A stretch of DNA of 64,000 bases. Origin: Klebsormidium nitens (lineage: Eukaryota; Plantae; Klebsormidiophyceae). Where the stretch lies: assembly GCA_000708835.1 (NCBI GenBank), contig DF236987.1, forward strand, positions 239,328 through 303,327, in the 5' to 3' direction. A program made the translations under genes and the position numbers. Positions 33,361 through 46,710 of the stretch are shown one piece after another. The notes under the pieces are model-generated. The model did not search any database, was not told the DNA's origin, and saw nothing but the letters and a program-made list of their open reading frames with translations. Position 1 is the stretch's first letter, and every line of letters starts with the position of its first letter.

Positions 33361-36116
33361 CTGGAGCAAAAGAGTCAAGCGTTTTGGGGGGCAGATCCAG
33401 AGCACCCCGTCTCCTTCATGAACCAGCTGCATTTCAAAGGGTTCATTTGGGACGAAAATGAACCTACAGAGCTCGGAACACCTGCTGTTTTCCACTTTGG
33501 GCATGACACCAGGTTCTCCATAGATAAGATCTGGGTAGCTGTTTGCAGCAGAATGTTCATCAGGAGAGATAACAAGGGGGTGTGCTTTGCTTTGAAGGAC
33601 ATGGCCTTTGAATATTACCAAGCTGCTATGCGTTTCAACAGCTTCACTCGCGAGCAACCCAGCCTATTATACAAGGACAGAGAACTCCTTTGGTTGGCCA
33701 TCCATGTAGCTTACAAACAGCTGGGCAATCCTTGCTCAGAGCAGGCTCGGATTGTCGAAGCCTGCCACCTTGTGGCGCACGTGCAGAATCCAGCTGGACA
33801 AAAGCCTGGTGATTTAGAGGAGTTGCTGACAGAAGAGGAGAGGGTAGCCGCTGCAGAAGCAGCTCAGCACCAAACAATGGAGGAGATGATGGAGACTATC
33901 ATCGATCAGGGGCTGCCTACTCTCACCAAGCTGCGCCTAGCTGATATGCTCACAGGAAGTGTGTCTGGCACTGCATTGAGGTCACTCGCTAGCGAGCTTC
34001 CCCAGGAGCCACCTAGGCCTCTCAGAGAAGCAGATCTGCGGCGCTTTGAGGAGGAAGGGCGAAGGGCAAGGTCTCAGCGAGCAGGTCGCCGCAGCGGCAG
34101 TGGGGCACGTGTTGTCCGGAATGCGCAGCGTCCAGACTGGGGTGTTGATGGGGCGGAGTTTGACTAGGACTGGGAGGTTGATGAGGAGCTGCAAGAAGCG
34201 GTGGATGCAGCGCAGGAAAGGGCAAACGGACAAGAAAGCGCGGAGGAGTCAGGGGCAAGGCTCTGTAAAGCCTATGAAAAGTTACGCGAGCTGCGCACGT
34301 TGCGGGCGGCAAAGAAGGGTTTGGAGGATCACCTACAGCCCCTTGGAGGGCTGATCGCTTGGATGGCGTGCTCCTCGCTAAACAAGTATGAGACGCTGCG
34401 GAAGCTCATTATGTACGAGGCACGGAAGCCTTTCAGCTACTTCAACTCCGAACTTGGGGAGAATGTGACAGCGGAGCCTCAAAATTGTGCTCGCATTGTC
34501 CTTGAGAAGTATTCTATTAAAGATGAGTGCATCCCTGCTCTCTTCAAGTGGAGCGAGCGGGCTTATAATGATCCAGAGTCTGCAGAGCATAATCAGGGGG
34601 CGGTAGAGGCATTCAAGGAAGGTATCCAGGAATACCTTGCCGATAACCTGCTCCCAATCCCCAAGAGCATTGAGTACATCATCGATCGAAAGCACGCCCG
34701 CGGAAACAGTTTCCTTTGCGTCTATAATGAAGCCCGAGAAGCAATCCTGGTTAAGGGGCGCAGAACGGAATTGGAAGGATGCATGGTCCGCATCCACGGG
34801 GTAATCAATAGGAGGAAGAAGCTGACAATGGCGGGAGGGATCTCAGTCCCAAGCTTAGCCACAGCTCGGCAGGCCTCAGCAGATGCAAAGCAACTGACCG
34901 AGCATACCCTTGGCTGGCATGTTGACAAGCTCACCCCCTCCTATTACACCTGTGAAAAGGACGGGCAGCGGACGCTTCAAGATTTGTCGCTGAGGTTGAA
35001 GAAGCTTGCAACTAATGTAACAGCCACAGAGATCAAGACCTGGTTCAGTGAGCATGCGGCAGTTGTGCCAACGCAGGTGCGTATCTGAACGTGCCTTCTT
35101 CTCCAAGACTAACTGAACTGAAAGTTGCGCCTATCTCATTGCTCTTGTGTAACACTGCTACATTAGTTGGCAAAGCTTATGTTCAGTTTCAGGGCCCTCG
35201 TCTTACGTTCTCAGTTTAGGCAATGTGTTTCAGAAGGTACCAGTAACTTGTGGCGCTAGCATTGCTTCCTTTCTTTCTTTCTGAAGAGAGTGAATTGATT
35301 GATGCGCCTTTTTGAGGACATCCAGCTTCATGAGTTTGCTCGGTGCTACACTCGATCTTCAGAAAAAGCACTTCCATTGCTTCCATAGCTTCCATTGTTC
35401 CCATCTCTTCAGACTCTCTTGCCGCCTTCAGAAAGGTGAGGACAGGCCAGGCCCAACAGATTGTACTGCTCACATAAGATTAGCGCAGCAGTACTTGTGA
35501 CAAGACCTCTGACAAGTCCCGGCAAAGGGGGTCGTGCTGGCGGCAAAGGATGCTGTGTGGAACTTTTAGCTCACGTTTGCAATGAAGGACCAGGGACAAA
35601 GGGCAGAAGAGATGCGCGTGCAGGACATGCAACAGAAAATACAGCTGAATCTTGAAGAATGAGCGTAACAATCCTGGTGCTGACTCTTCTTGTTTGTTAG
35701 CAGGTCTACAAAGACAATGGAGGTGTGAATCGGAGTGGTTCGGAGGGGGTTTCCTGGATCGTTGAGTTTGCAAAAGATGCGAGCTGCTGTGACGACAAGT
35801 ATGCGGACATAGAAGCGGCGCTGATGGTGCGCCGCTCCAATGAGCATCTTTTTCGGGGACAGCCGCTTGATATGTATCGACTTTTGAAGAGGGCAAGAGG
35901 TAAGTGCTGACGGTTGCTTTCGAATAAACATGATGAGCAGGACCCTCAAGATGTCCCGCTACGAGTCTACTGTTTGATCTTAGAAACAGATTACTTCAAG
36001 CAGAATTGTCTTTGTGGATGAATGTGTAAATGTAAAGTTACTCTTCTGCCTCAGGTCAAGTGTGCGACCACATCCGTAAACTTCTCACGCCCGCACCTGA
36101 TATTCATGAAACCTGA
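33361..36116 (+). pseudogene. Element gene A: large unknown protein with a C-terminal SWIM-like Zn finger and one in-frame TAG
   Basis: ORFs 33418-34167 and 34201-35088 share a frame and are separated only by TAG at 34165-34167. Donor at 35077. The last exons 35704-35899 and 36055-36116 give SWIVEFAKDASCCDD...QVCDHIRKLL. The middle exons and the start are unresolved. Confidence 0.6.
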
Positions 36117-36442
36117 CTCCGAATCTAACTTGGTCGGGGCCTAGTGGAACAGATTCGAATGATGAAACGCTTCAATCTGTTTGCCACTTGAACCTCGAGA
36201 CCGCCCAAGAAGATGGTAGACTTGGCTGCACAACGTGTTTCACTCGGTTTAGTTCAATAAGATCAAAGAAGCGGGTATGGTTTATTGGTAGAACGTCTCC
36301 TCTTAGGAGGAGAAGGAGCGAGTTCGATTCTCGCTGCCCGCCTTGAGATCCTGGTCGGTTGGTTGACCTCGCCGTCCACGAAACTGCCGGCAACTTGACA
36401 TTGATCGCTCAAGAGTTTCTGTGTTTCTTTCGTCCGCCTCAG

Positions 36443-39400
36443 GCGGCAACTTTACGTGTGGAGAGCAGTTGAAGGACAAGCTTCTGAAGGACGCCGAAGA
36501 TCGAGGGCATCTTCGTCCCACCCCCGCCGGCACCCCGTATTTCAACGGGGTAGTCGTCGAAGCAACTGATGGAGCGACCGTTCTGGGCAAGAGTAATTGT
36601 AACAGCCGTATCCAGATCATTTCGGAAGAGGCCTTCACAACCGGGGCTTCCAAGTTGGACCGCTTTTGGGATGTGACGGGAGGCGAGAGCAAGGTATGGA
36701 GAGCCCAGATCTGCCTCAGCCGGGACCAGGCTGAACAGCTACGGGAGAGTTGGCCGCGCATGGAGGATGGCGCCACGCATTTATCTCTTGCTCAGGTGAG
36801 TTTCAAAACCTGGTCGAGACCGTACGTTCCGTTTGGTTTGGCGTGAGTTTGACTGTGTTCAGACTGGTCCGGAATGGTGGAGTGAGGTACTTCAAGAGTA
36901 CTCCGCTGCTCATATTGAGAATCGGACTTCGTATCCCGGCTGCGTGTGCTGATGTCACATATTTGTTTTGCACCGCCACAAATTAAACACAAGTTGGATA
37001 CGTGAATCCTTAGTCTCAATTCTCTCCTTACGTAGCGGGGACTCGAGCAAAGCAGGCGCGAGCAGCAAGGTAGCAGGCAAGGCAAGGCAAGGCAAGGCGA
37101 TGCAAGAGCGTTTTGTGTTTGTTCGGATGCTTGGCCGTGCGCCTCCTTGCCGTAGGTCCCCTTACTTTTACCAAAAAAGTAGATTTACATTGTGCGAGTG
37201 GCATACCAGGGCGGCGCCGAAAGTTGCTGTGCCAATATTAGCAGGCGCGGCTGAAGATTCGTCTTGAAGCGTCTGGTAGATGCCCCGCTACGCCGTTCAA
37301 CTTGGCTCCTCCAACAGTTCAGTTGTTAATTCGTGTTGAAAACCTATGCTACTGAACTCCGTTTTGTTTGCACAGGCGAGGCTGCTTACCCAAAAGTATT
37401 TCAACTCGACTGTATTTTCCTTTCAACACGAGAGTGGAGAAGTTACCAGGATACGAGCACCCTGCAAATATATGATTGGGGACTGTAAGTCCTTATGCAT
37501 ACATATGGGGATGGACAACAAATGTCCGTTCTGCACAGCGAAGTATGAAGATTAGGATACAGTGCTCTACGGTGAACTGCCAAGGGACCCGGAATTCAAC
37601 CGCAAGAGCTGGGTCCGTTACAAAGATATCTTGGCACGTTTGGTCGCGTATTCCCCTCTCAATAAAACCTTCGTGACGTCCCTCAATGACGTGGACTCTA
37701 CCCAGGATTTCGTCCTCAAATTAAACGAGGTCTCCGAACCATTGCGGCTAGGATCAATCCTCTCCTCTCTCAGCTCCTGTCTAACGCCTCCTAGCACGCT
37801 CGACCACCTGAGCGTCCTCGAGAAGTCTGATTATATTCTCACCACTCTTCTAAGAAGCGAAAGTACCTCTGTAACATACCCCTGTCAGCAGCTTGCCAAG
37901 CTCTAGCACTCTGCTCCTCTTCGACCCTCGAAGAGCTCCAATTCCAACCATAACAAGTCAAACCCTCCAGGTCTTAGCTCTCGCCACATTCTTAGAGGAG
38001 CAAGGCCTGCTTTCGACCTTCCTCTACAAGGACCTTTCTCAAGCTCAAATGAGGTCCGTCATCGGCCAAGCTCGGACTCGTTGTGCACAGGCGTCCGCTT
38101 GCTTCGCCCTGTTTAGAGAAATCACGGCTGCTCTTGAGCCAGCAGAGGACAACAAGGCAATGTGGGATGTTCTGGAGAATAGGTCAATCAGGGGCTTGGG
38201 CTTCAAGCGGGCCAAAAATACTAAGAAGGGGATTGAGGCTGATACGGCGGAGCAAGTGGTGGCTTTGCAACTGTGCCCCATCTCGAAGTCGAGAACGCAA
38301 ACCCTGGCCAAGTTCGCAAAAGCAGAATGCTATCATGTCACGGGGCTGCCCGTTGACTTTCAAGGAGCGAGAGAAGACGGCGATCTGCCCCTTGAGAAGC
38401 TTCCGGAGCCAATTCCTCCATTCATGCACACTTTGGTCCGTGTGGGGAAAAAGGTGCTCGCTCTTTTGCAAGACCACGCTTTAGTCGGAGAAGATGGGGA
38501 CGACCGGTCTGGGGCACGCTTGGAGTTCGTCTTTAGGCAAACTGCTGAAGCCAAGACGGAAATGTTGGCAAAAGACGAAGCAAAGCAGGGCGATCGTATA
38601 TCAACTGCGATGAACGGAGAGCACACCCGCCTCATCCTCAGCCATTATAAGTGGATGTTTGGAGGAATAATGTCCCCCAGGTATGACGTCACTCCAACTT
38701 GTACCTTCGCTTCGAATCTCAATCTGTTGATACAGTCTTCTGACTACTTTGCAGGTCGTGCTCGTTCAGACGATGTGCTGGCAAGGGTCCGATCAAAGGT
38801 CACCCTCTAGTAAAGACCGTTGAAGTTTTGCTGACGTCATTTCAGAGCTCTCACCGGCTGATAGTAAGGGCAATTCGAACACTTCTCTGACGTTATAGCC
38901 TTAAAAGCTGAGTCGGGCCCAAGCGGCTCCATCAGATCGAAAGTCAGGACTTCGGACCGGATTCCTAGAGAGATTTGCCAGCACCTTATAGCGACCTGCA
39001 TCAGTACTAGCTCTAAAGTTTGACTTCCTTTTAACACGTGGCCACTCTTGTCTTTAGGGATATGCAGCTGCCAGGCCTCCTCACCATGTACATTGGACAA
39101 GTCTATGCCGACCAAAGTCCGTCACGGGAATCTCGGAGCCTGCTGTGGCTGCTCGGGAATCTGATTTGGAATTTGATCCGGGTTATTGACGCCCTTGCTC
39201 GCGCCAAAAGAAAGAACGACAAGAAGCCAGTAGTCCAGACCAACCACATGCACATCATGGCTGTTGAGATTCCGAAGTTTCACGAGAGCTGCGACATCCC
39301 CCTCCCAAAACTGTTGGAAGAAAAGTTGGAGGCCTGGCAAAAGGTTGCGAAGGAGGCAGGATTGAAACGGAGCGACAGGAAAAGCGACGTGGTGGAAACG

Positions 39401-42400
39401 ATGTATCGAGAAGAGTGGATGCGTGAGAATGCAATGCTACTGTACGGCTTGCGAGGCAGAAACCCCGAAGTTGCGAAAAAGGAATTGAGCCAGTTCGTCG
39501 AAGCCACAGTCCCAAACTTTCTCGTCCACAGCTGTCTCTACAATCAAAACCCAATATTCCGTCAAACCTTCTCTCAACTCCTCCACATTCTAGCAGAGCG
39601 GGACTACACTGAGGATCTCTTCTTTGTCTATGCACCCCACGAGAGCTCCCAGTCCGCAGCCAAAGTCCTCCCGCTCAGGACACAGCGCGCATGCCAGTGC
39701 ACCTGCCACTGCAAGTGCGGCCCCTCAACGGGCGACTCTAGCTCTGACTGCTGTAAGGCAAGCTGCAACTGCAAGTGCTCTGAGTCATGCTCCTGTCAAA
39801 CAGGGCCCGCGGAAACCTGCCGATGCTTGAAGGAGGTCTCGCTGGTGAGCTTGACCGGGGTCGGTCCAGGAAAGGATAAATGGGAACCATTGCAGTGGTG
39901 CGAAGGAGCGGGCAAGGTCGCATTAGGAGGCCCTATCGACCCCGAAAGCCAGGTCGCCCACGTCAGGGAGCTGTTGGAGACAAGGCGGGTGGGACGAGTG
40001 GTTACACGGGGCGAATGGGGGTCACTCTGGCCTCTGCGTTTATACATCCACAACAGCGCCGCGTGCCGCATCCAGGCAGCCTTCCGCCGATACCTGCACA
40101 GAGACATTTTGCAGAAGGCGGGCCAACAACGAGCGGCCTTGTCACGAGGTGGGAACACTCGAAGGTCGATGGTCAACCGTGCAGCTTTTTCGATTCGTAT
40201 CGGCTTGATAGCAGCCAACAGCTAGCGGTGCACGCCTTTTTGATTCTGCTGACGGTGCATCAAGATTCCTCGCTTCTGGCCTCGTTTAATGGCTCTACTG
40301 TCAAAAGTCCGTTCCGAAACTTTGTCGTCTATTCTGGCAGGTATCACCCTGCTTGCTTGCGACCCAATGGTGGGGGACTCCAGCGGAGGCGCGCAGCTGG
40401 CCATCCAGGGAGAGGGTTTTGCCTCGTTTCAGGGACGCCCTGTTGTGCGAATTGGACTCGCTAAGCTGGCAGCGTAGCTGTCATGAGCGACAACATGATA
40501 ACGTGCTCGTCGCCTGCCGGAGTGGGGAGCAATCTGCCCCTCAGTGTGATGGGGACCTTCCCTTTTGCACTCGGGCGCGCAGCTGTCTTCCAACCTGGGA
40601 CTGGACACGGGCTAGAGCATCTGACTTGTCAGCCGATTGTGATGCAAAGAGCCTTCTCGTACGGTGGTGAGTGCAATCGTCCAAACAACTAGGTCAAAAG
40701 ATTCTACCTGCCCTTTTCAAGAGCTATGCTGACTGACTGACGTTGTGTCACACATCACTTTGTCGTTTTTGGTATCGTAAATTTCGATTGTGCGGAAGTT
40801 TCAGAGGCCTAATATGCTTACTGTCAAAGACAACATTCCCCGCTCACTTTGAAGCAGATTCAGAACTCAGTAAAAGTTCCGATTTGAATCTGAAAGACAA
40901 GAGTCATAGGAGTTAGGCCGCATGCAGGTTTGCCTCAGAAGTCCGCCGCGCGTGCGCGGGCAAGTACAGATCTTCCCATGCTGTGGGACTCCCGTTTCAA
41001 TTCTTATGTTCTGGTATGTCAACTGCTCTTCGAATCATACGCAGTCTGGACGATCAAACTCCTCTCTACTTTCCTGTCAAGCCGTTTGAGCAATCTGTCG
41101 CACTGATCAGGACCACGTGTCGACGGCGTAGAACCTGCTCAACTTCCGACTTGTGGAGGCACACTGCGGATCAGCGGAAGCAACCTTCAAAGAGCGACTG
41201 TGCGGAGAGGAGGAAGACAACGTGGCGCCGGTTTCTCGGACGTTGAGTGCAGTGTGCTGGAGAGCACGCGAACACATGTGACCCTGCGCGTTGAAGCGGG
41301 CCTTGGCAAAGCCCATCGTGTATTGCTCGGGAACGCGTCCGGCACAACTTCCGTTTCGTCCGGGTACGAAGGTGAGTTCTTCTCGTCCCAAGTCGGCTGA
41401 GACCTATCTGATCAATGGGCAGCTGAAATCAGTTTTCTCAAGCCGCCTCTCTTGACCTGCTCGACACCCCCACGTTGTACCGTTGTCATCGGGGTTCAAC
41501 GGCAGATCAGGTCATATTACCTGTGATTGAATTGGTTGATTTTCAGAAACATTCAATATTTAAATGTTGCTTTGCATCGTTGACAGAGCCTTCAATCACG
41601 GAGGTGCGAGTTGGTGACAAGCCTCTCGAGACTGCGGGTGGGCAAACCGTCGAAGTGGTCGGTCAAAACTTGGGGATCGGTTTGCCAGACGAGCTCACCG
41701 TACAAGTTGGTAAGTTGCGAAGTGCAATAGAGGTTTTCAGGTTCAAAGAGTCATAAGCGTCAGACTTTCGAATTCTTGTAATAAGTCCGTGACCAGTTCG
41801 GGTGGCATGTCTGTCCTTTTTTATTTCCTTGCGCGGCGTCTAATTTTGCTATGGCTGTCCAGATAAGAAGTTATAATTGTTGAATCCCGATCGAAGCTAG
41901 CCTCATGCTTGCGTCAGGCCCGCTCTTTTATTCCATCCAAGTGTGATTCCAATCGAGATTCACTGTGGCACTTTGAAACGCTGTTTCAACGCCGTTGTGT
42001 TCCATAAACAGGCGGACAAACGGCGAAGTGGAGAATGGTCGAGGAGCACATCCGCCTCATCGTCACCCTGCCTCCTTCGAACGGGGGCCACCAGAACCTG
42101 CAAGTCTGGGTAGGGCAAACTCTTCAGCAGCGCCCCTCTTCCATCACTCCAGCCTGCCATCTCAGATACGACCTACCGAAGGTGCTCTCTTGTACAGAAA
42201 TAGGTCGAGTAGGGCAGATAGTAACCGTGGGAGGAAGCAACTTCGGGTCGGCTGGTGAGATCGCTGTGCGCATCGGCGGAATTTCGTGCGAAAAAGCTCA
42301 AGTGTCCGTTAGACATACCCAGATAAGCTGCCAAGTCCCGGAGGGCAAGGGACACAACCTCCCGGTCGAGGTGTGCGTGAATGGCCAGTGGTCCGACCCC

Positions 42401-43269
42401 GACAATCGCGTAGCCTGCTTCTCGTACAAAGGTAAGCCACTCGGACTCAAGTAACCATTTTGGGAACTAGGAGCATCAGGATGGCTTCAAGTTGCACAAT
42501 TCAAACCTGACCTGAAAGCAGGAACTAGGAGCGACGACTCGCCGCCTGCGCTTCTGGTCGAGACGTGACTGTCCAAACCTCATCGATCCAAGATGAGTCA
42601 GAGGGCCTTGGGAATTGTCTGACTGAGATTGCCGTGTGCTCCAAAACGCAGAATCGACAGACGCGTGCGGGACGCGTGCATGGCTAACACGTATTTTGTC
42701 CGATCATACAGTTGAGGGTGCTCCAAAGAGGCCGCAGCGGATTGGTCCATATGTTACACCGCCCTCAATTTCGGAAGCTGAGCCTATTTTCAAACAGTGG
42801 CGGTTGAGCACCTACTACGAGCGGAAGGATCCTATGGCCAGGAAAGGTATACACCGGCGCCGCATCCAACCCTCTAACTCGATTGGGGCCCCATCGGGTC
42901 TGCCAAGCTCAGTGCTGACCAATTGACCTACCCAGTTGAGCTGGCTTTAAATTTCCCGAGAGATTGCCGCTCTTTGTACACGTGCAGGACCGGTGTGAGT
43001 GTTCCTAACCGGATTACGTCACCAGATTCTCGTCCAGAAATAACTCTTCCGAGTTGTCGCCTGCAGATGTCCATGGGAACGATTTCACGAAGGAGAGTGT
43101 ACGAGCTGCACAGGAAGCATATAAAAAGCTGACGCTCGGGTTAGCCGAACTCAGTGAGAAGAAAAAAAACGAAATACTGAACAGGTGTATATTCGGCTGG
43201 CAGAAGCTGAAAGCTGAGCGTGGACTTACCGAAGCCCCTGCACAAAAGAGAGCCAGAACAACTGCTTAG
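36443..43269 (+). pseudogene. Element gene B: unknown N-terminal region, Cys-rich insert, IQ motif and about four IPT/TIG repeats; disrupted
   Basis: Coding blocks 36443-36795, 37376-37484, 37539 to about 37900, 37893-38810, 39038-40148, 40341 to about 40665, about 41110-41371, about 41586-41709, about 42012-42432, about 42710-42850 and about 43068-43269. TIG-like units include CDPMVGDSSGGAQLAIQGEGF, GQIVTVGGSNFGS...IGGISC...HTQISCQVPEGKGHNLPVEV...FSY. TAG at 37553 and a frameshift near 40470. Joining all blocks into one gene is inferred. Confidence 0.6.
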
Positions 43270-44129
43270 CCTTGCTTCTCTCTGGCATCCGGATAAGTGC
43301 CAACACTTTCGCCATGCGGGTGATTGAAGCCACTGTTTGGGTGCGCGGGAGCTAGCGAGCTAACAGCCTCTAGTAGAGCCGTGGGCGGCGGCTGAAGTTG
43401 AGGGATTGTATAGGCTTGAAACTTGTCATGGCTTCCGGTAAGGAGGACCGCTCATGAAGCTTGGGCCCGGTACGGGCTAAATGTCATGCTCCCATGTGTA
43501 TGTTTCGCGATGATGGCGCAAGAGTTCATGTAGCTGTCACGCGCTACAGCGACGGCGAAAGGTGTTGGACGAAATGATCACTGACGATGCCACCGCAATC
43601 GATGCTTCTCAGTCTCATGCTTGCTCGATTGCAACTTACTTATAGCCGAGCCTCACAAGGCTTGCCAACCGCATTGCCACCAATTCCACATGGCGAAACG
43701 ACTGAAGCATGTGGCGATCCAATTTGGTGCAAGTTGATGTGCGGCTCTGCTCGGTGCACGGATATGGCGGCAGCGAAGCTACACTCACTAAACAAAAGAT
43801 GTACGTTCAGCAGAGGGAAGCCTGACGCATGAGCCTGAGATCCTTATGCTGTTTATTAGAATGCCCAAGAGCAATGGACAGTGATATCCTCCAAATGGAA
43901 TATAAGCTCCTGGAACTAAGAGTTCACGAGCGCGAAGTTTAATCCATATTTGACAAGCAGTGTTACAATTACAAAGCAAAAAGCCTCGAACCACTTCAAT
44001 AAATAGTGGGACTTGAAGTGCTCTATTACCCTAATCTGCTAGTGCCCTTGGCCAAATCCTGTCCGATCGTCCACCACCCACCAATTCCATTAACCTAGGC
44101 CAACGGGCCTTGTTGAACACAACAAGCTT

Positions 44130-46710
44130 CTACTCTGACTCAGAGTTGAGCTCTTCGAGCCAATCTTCGACAATGATTTTTTCCTCCAACTTCCGTTTCT
44201 TCAAGTAGACCGCCTGTACACCGTTCTTGACCCTTTTATTTCCTCTGATTGACGTGTCGACGTCCTCCGGCAAGGGGATGCTGACTGTCCATTGAAGCGG
44301 AAAGGAAGATTGCTCGAGCTCCTCCACGTTCCTTGTAATGCGGACGCTCTCACTCCTGCATAAAAAGGCAACAAGGATTGTGTTCACCGGATGAGAGTAA
44401 TTGCAACAGACTGGTCCTGACACCGAGAATCTTATGGATGCACCATGACGAAACAAGACCAGACTTTTGGATCTCAGCAGTGGCTAGGTTGCGACCACTT
44501 GAGGAACTAGCAGAACTTACGAAGTTGATTTGTCAGCAAGGCAACAACTCACTTCGAACATCTGGCCCACGACCCAGACATCAGTTTTAGGAACGCTTTC
44601 GAAGGGCCAACAAGCTCAACTGTCTGGGCAGTAAAGTTATTTGACCAATTGTTTAAGCGTTTCTAGAGTCAGCGGGACACGACAGTGATGCCCCACCACA
44701 ATCAACAATCAAAGGAGTCGACGGACATGCAAAACCTGCTATTGACCCCCTATCAGAATCAACAATGAATCTGCCTATCCGGAGTAAAGAACTAGATACA
44801 GCTGAACGTTTCAGCTCAATCTGCACCTTATTTCTTTCCAAGACTGGTTAGAAGTATTCAACTTGTGGCATACGCATGCAGATGCCACATCATGTTCCTA
44901 AAACATGGAGGTGCTATAACGAACTGCTCTCACCCAATCTTCACATCTTCGTCGATCATGATGCCGCTGGCATCACCACCGAGCACCAAGCTCTGGAAGG
45001 GCAGCCCTGGGGTAGTTCTCTCTGGCTTGAACGTAGTTATGGAACCAGCGCCGACGTAGACGTACATCTCAAAGTAGTCCTCCGTGTCCTTCACCCCAAC
45101 CACAGCCCCAGGATGCAGGGACTGCGGGGTGAAGTCGTAAGGGCTTGGCAGCTTGGGAAGCACGGAGACCTCCTTCTTGACACTCTGCAAGAGACAAGAA
45201 TTTACTCAATGTAAGCAGATGATGATACATGCTGTTGCTGAGAGACCATGTCAGACACTTGAGTCTCTCACATCAGAACGGCCACATCAATATTTAGCTC
45301 TTGAATCAACGTTTGGATCATGCTGCAATCAAGCAAGATAATGCTACACTGTTTGAAGGCTGCAGTATTGGTGATTAGGCAAGTCCAGCTCTTCAGGGAA
45401 TACCGTGGGGACAGATGAAACTTCCACTGAAACCTGTGAAGCCCTCTGTACTCCAAATCTTTGCTTAGCTGTAGAGCAGCCAACAGTGTGTACCAAAAGG
45501 CCCCTTTTTACCCACAGTCTGCGATGCTTTCAAGCAGAAAGTCTCCACAAAGCCTTTGAACAGCCAGCATATGAAGAACCAGCGAGGCAAAACCAGCTAA
45601 AGGACACTTTCTCACCTGCGGTGACGACTTCGGTTTAGAAGCCATCTTTGGTACGCGACGTCGAAGACGAGGCTCTCTGATTCCACGTTGCCCACCCTTC
45701 GCATCAAATCGCTCAGCGCAGGACTGCACTGGCTGTCATCAAACGTACGGTAGGGCGCGTGCCACTGCTTAATCTTCCCAATCGCTCTGACGTTGCTCGC
45801 ATTGATCACAAGACCCTCGCGGTACAGAATATTCCGATGCCTTTTGGTGCAGCCAGGGGAGAAGATAAATGGTTCAGAGGGCTTTGAGGCGGAGAGTGCC
45901 ACCAGCGCAGATGCTTGGTTTTTTAGCTTTGCTGTGGATGCAGCGGAGCCTGGGAGCTGCTTTTGAGCTGCTTTCTGGTTGGATATGTCGTGCAAAGCCT
46001 TGCCGACATGACCACGCGCCGCATTGTTGGCTGAGATCGGCGAAGCTGCACAAATCAGAAAAGCATGTTAAAGAACAATCCATGAACAGGTTCATGGCAG
46101 GTGTGTGACAACACTGAGGGACAAAGCAGAAGCAGTGTCGGTCTTGACATCATGTGGCATGCATTTCCAGCCGTTGGGACAGAGGGAACCTAGAAGACAA
46201 CTTTACCTATTATGTGCCATATTGCAACATTGATGCATCGTTTTAGGCCGCAGTTCCTAAAATGACCCAATCAGAGATAGAGGTGCTGAGCAACTGATTG
46301 TGACATGTCACAATGGCCATTGGGTCAAAATGCACTTACGGAAGTCCAGGGGCCGTTCACCGCCTTCCAAACGCTCCTGGACTGCCGTGTTGAGCAGCTT
46401 CCCTGCCTGGCCTCCTGATATGAGTGATCTCCATTCACAGCCATTCTCTGTGAGCAGGGCATCAAGCGCCCGATAAAGAGTGTCTCTAGGCATGCCCCTC
46501 TTTGCGGTGTCTGAGCTGCTGCTGTCACCCACAGAGAACACCTCTGAGCAGCGGTAAGCGAGCGCTAAGAGCTCTATCTTCTCGTCAACGGTCCTATCAT
46601 CTCTGTCAATTGCTGCCGCCATGCGAGTTGCAAACGAAGAGTCATTCAGCACCTCCAAGGGGATCCAGGAGTACCAGTGCTGTTGGTTGCCATGGGTCAG
46701 CTGAACGATG
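44130..46710 (-). CDS. Element gene C: spliced unknown protein, model incomplete
   Basis: Phase-compatible exons 46710-46340 (donor c|gtaagt) and 46045-45616 (donor ag|gtgaga). Further open blocks lie at about 45185-44930, 44841-44653 and about 44340-44130 (ending KKRKLEEKIIVEDWLEELNSESE). No family recognised. Confidence 0.5.

Noticed and set aside
37076-37099. (AAGGC)n microsatellite
   Set aside because: A short, ordinary simple repeat in an intron.
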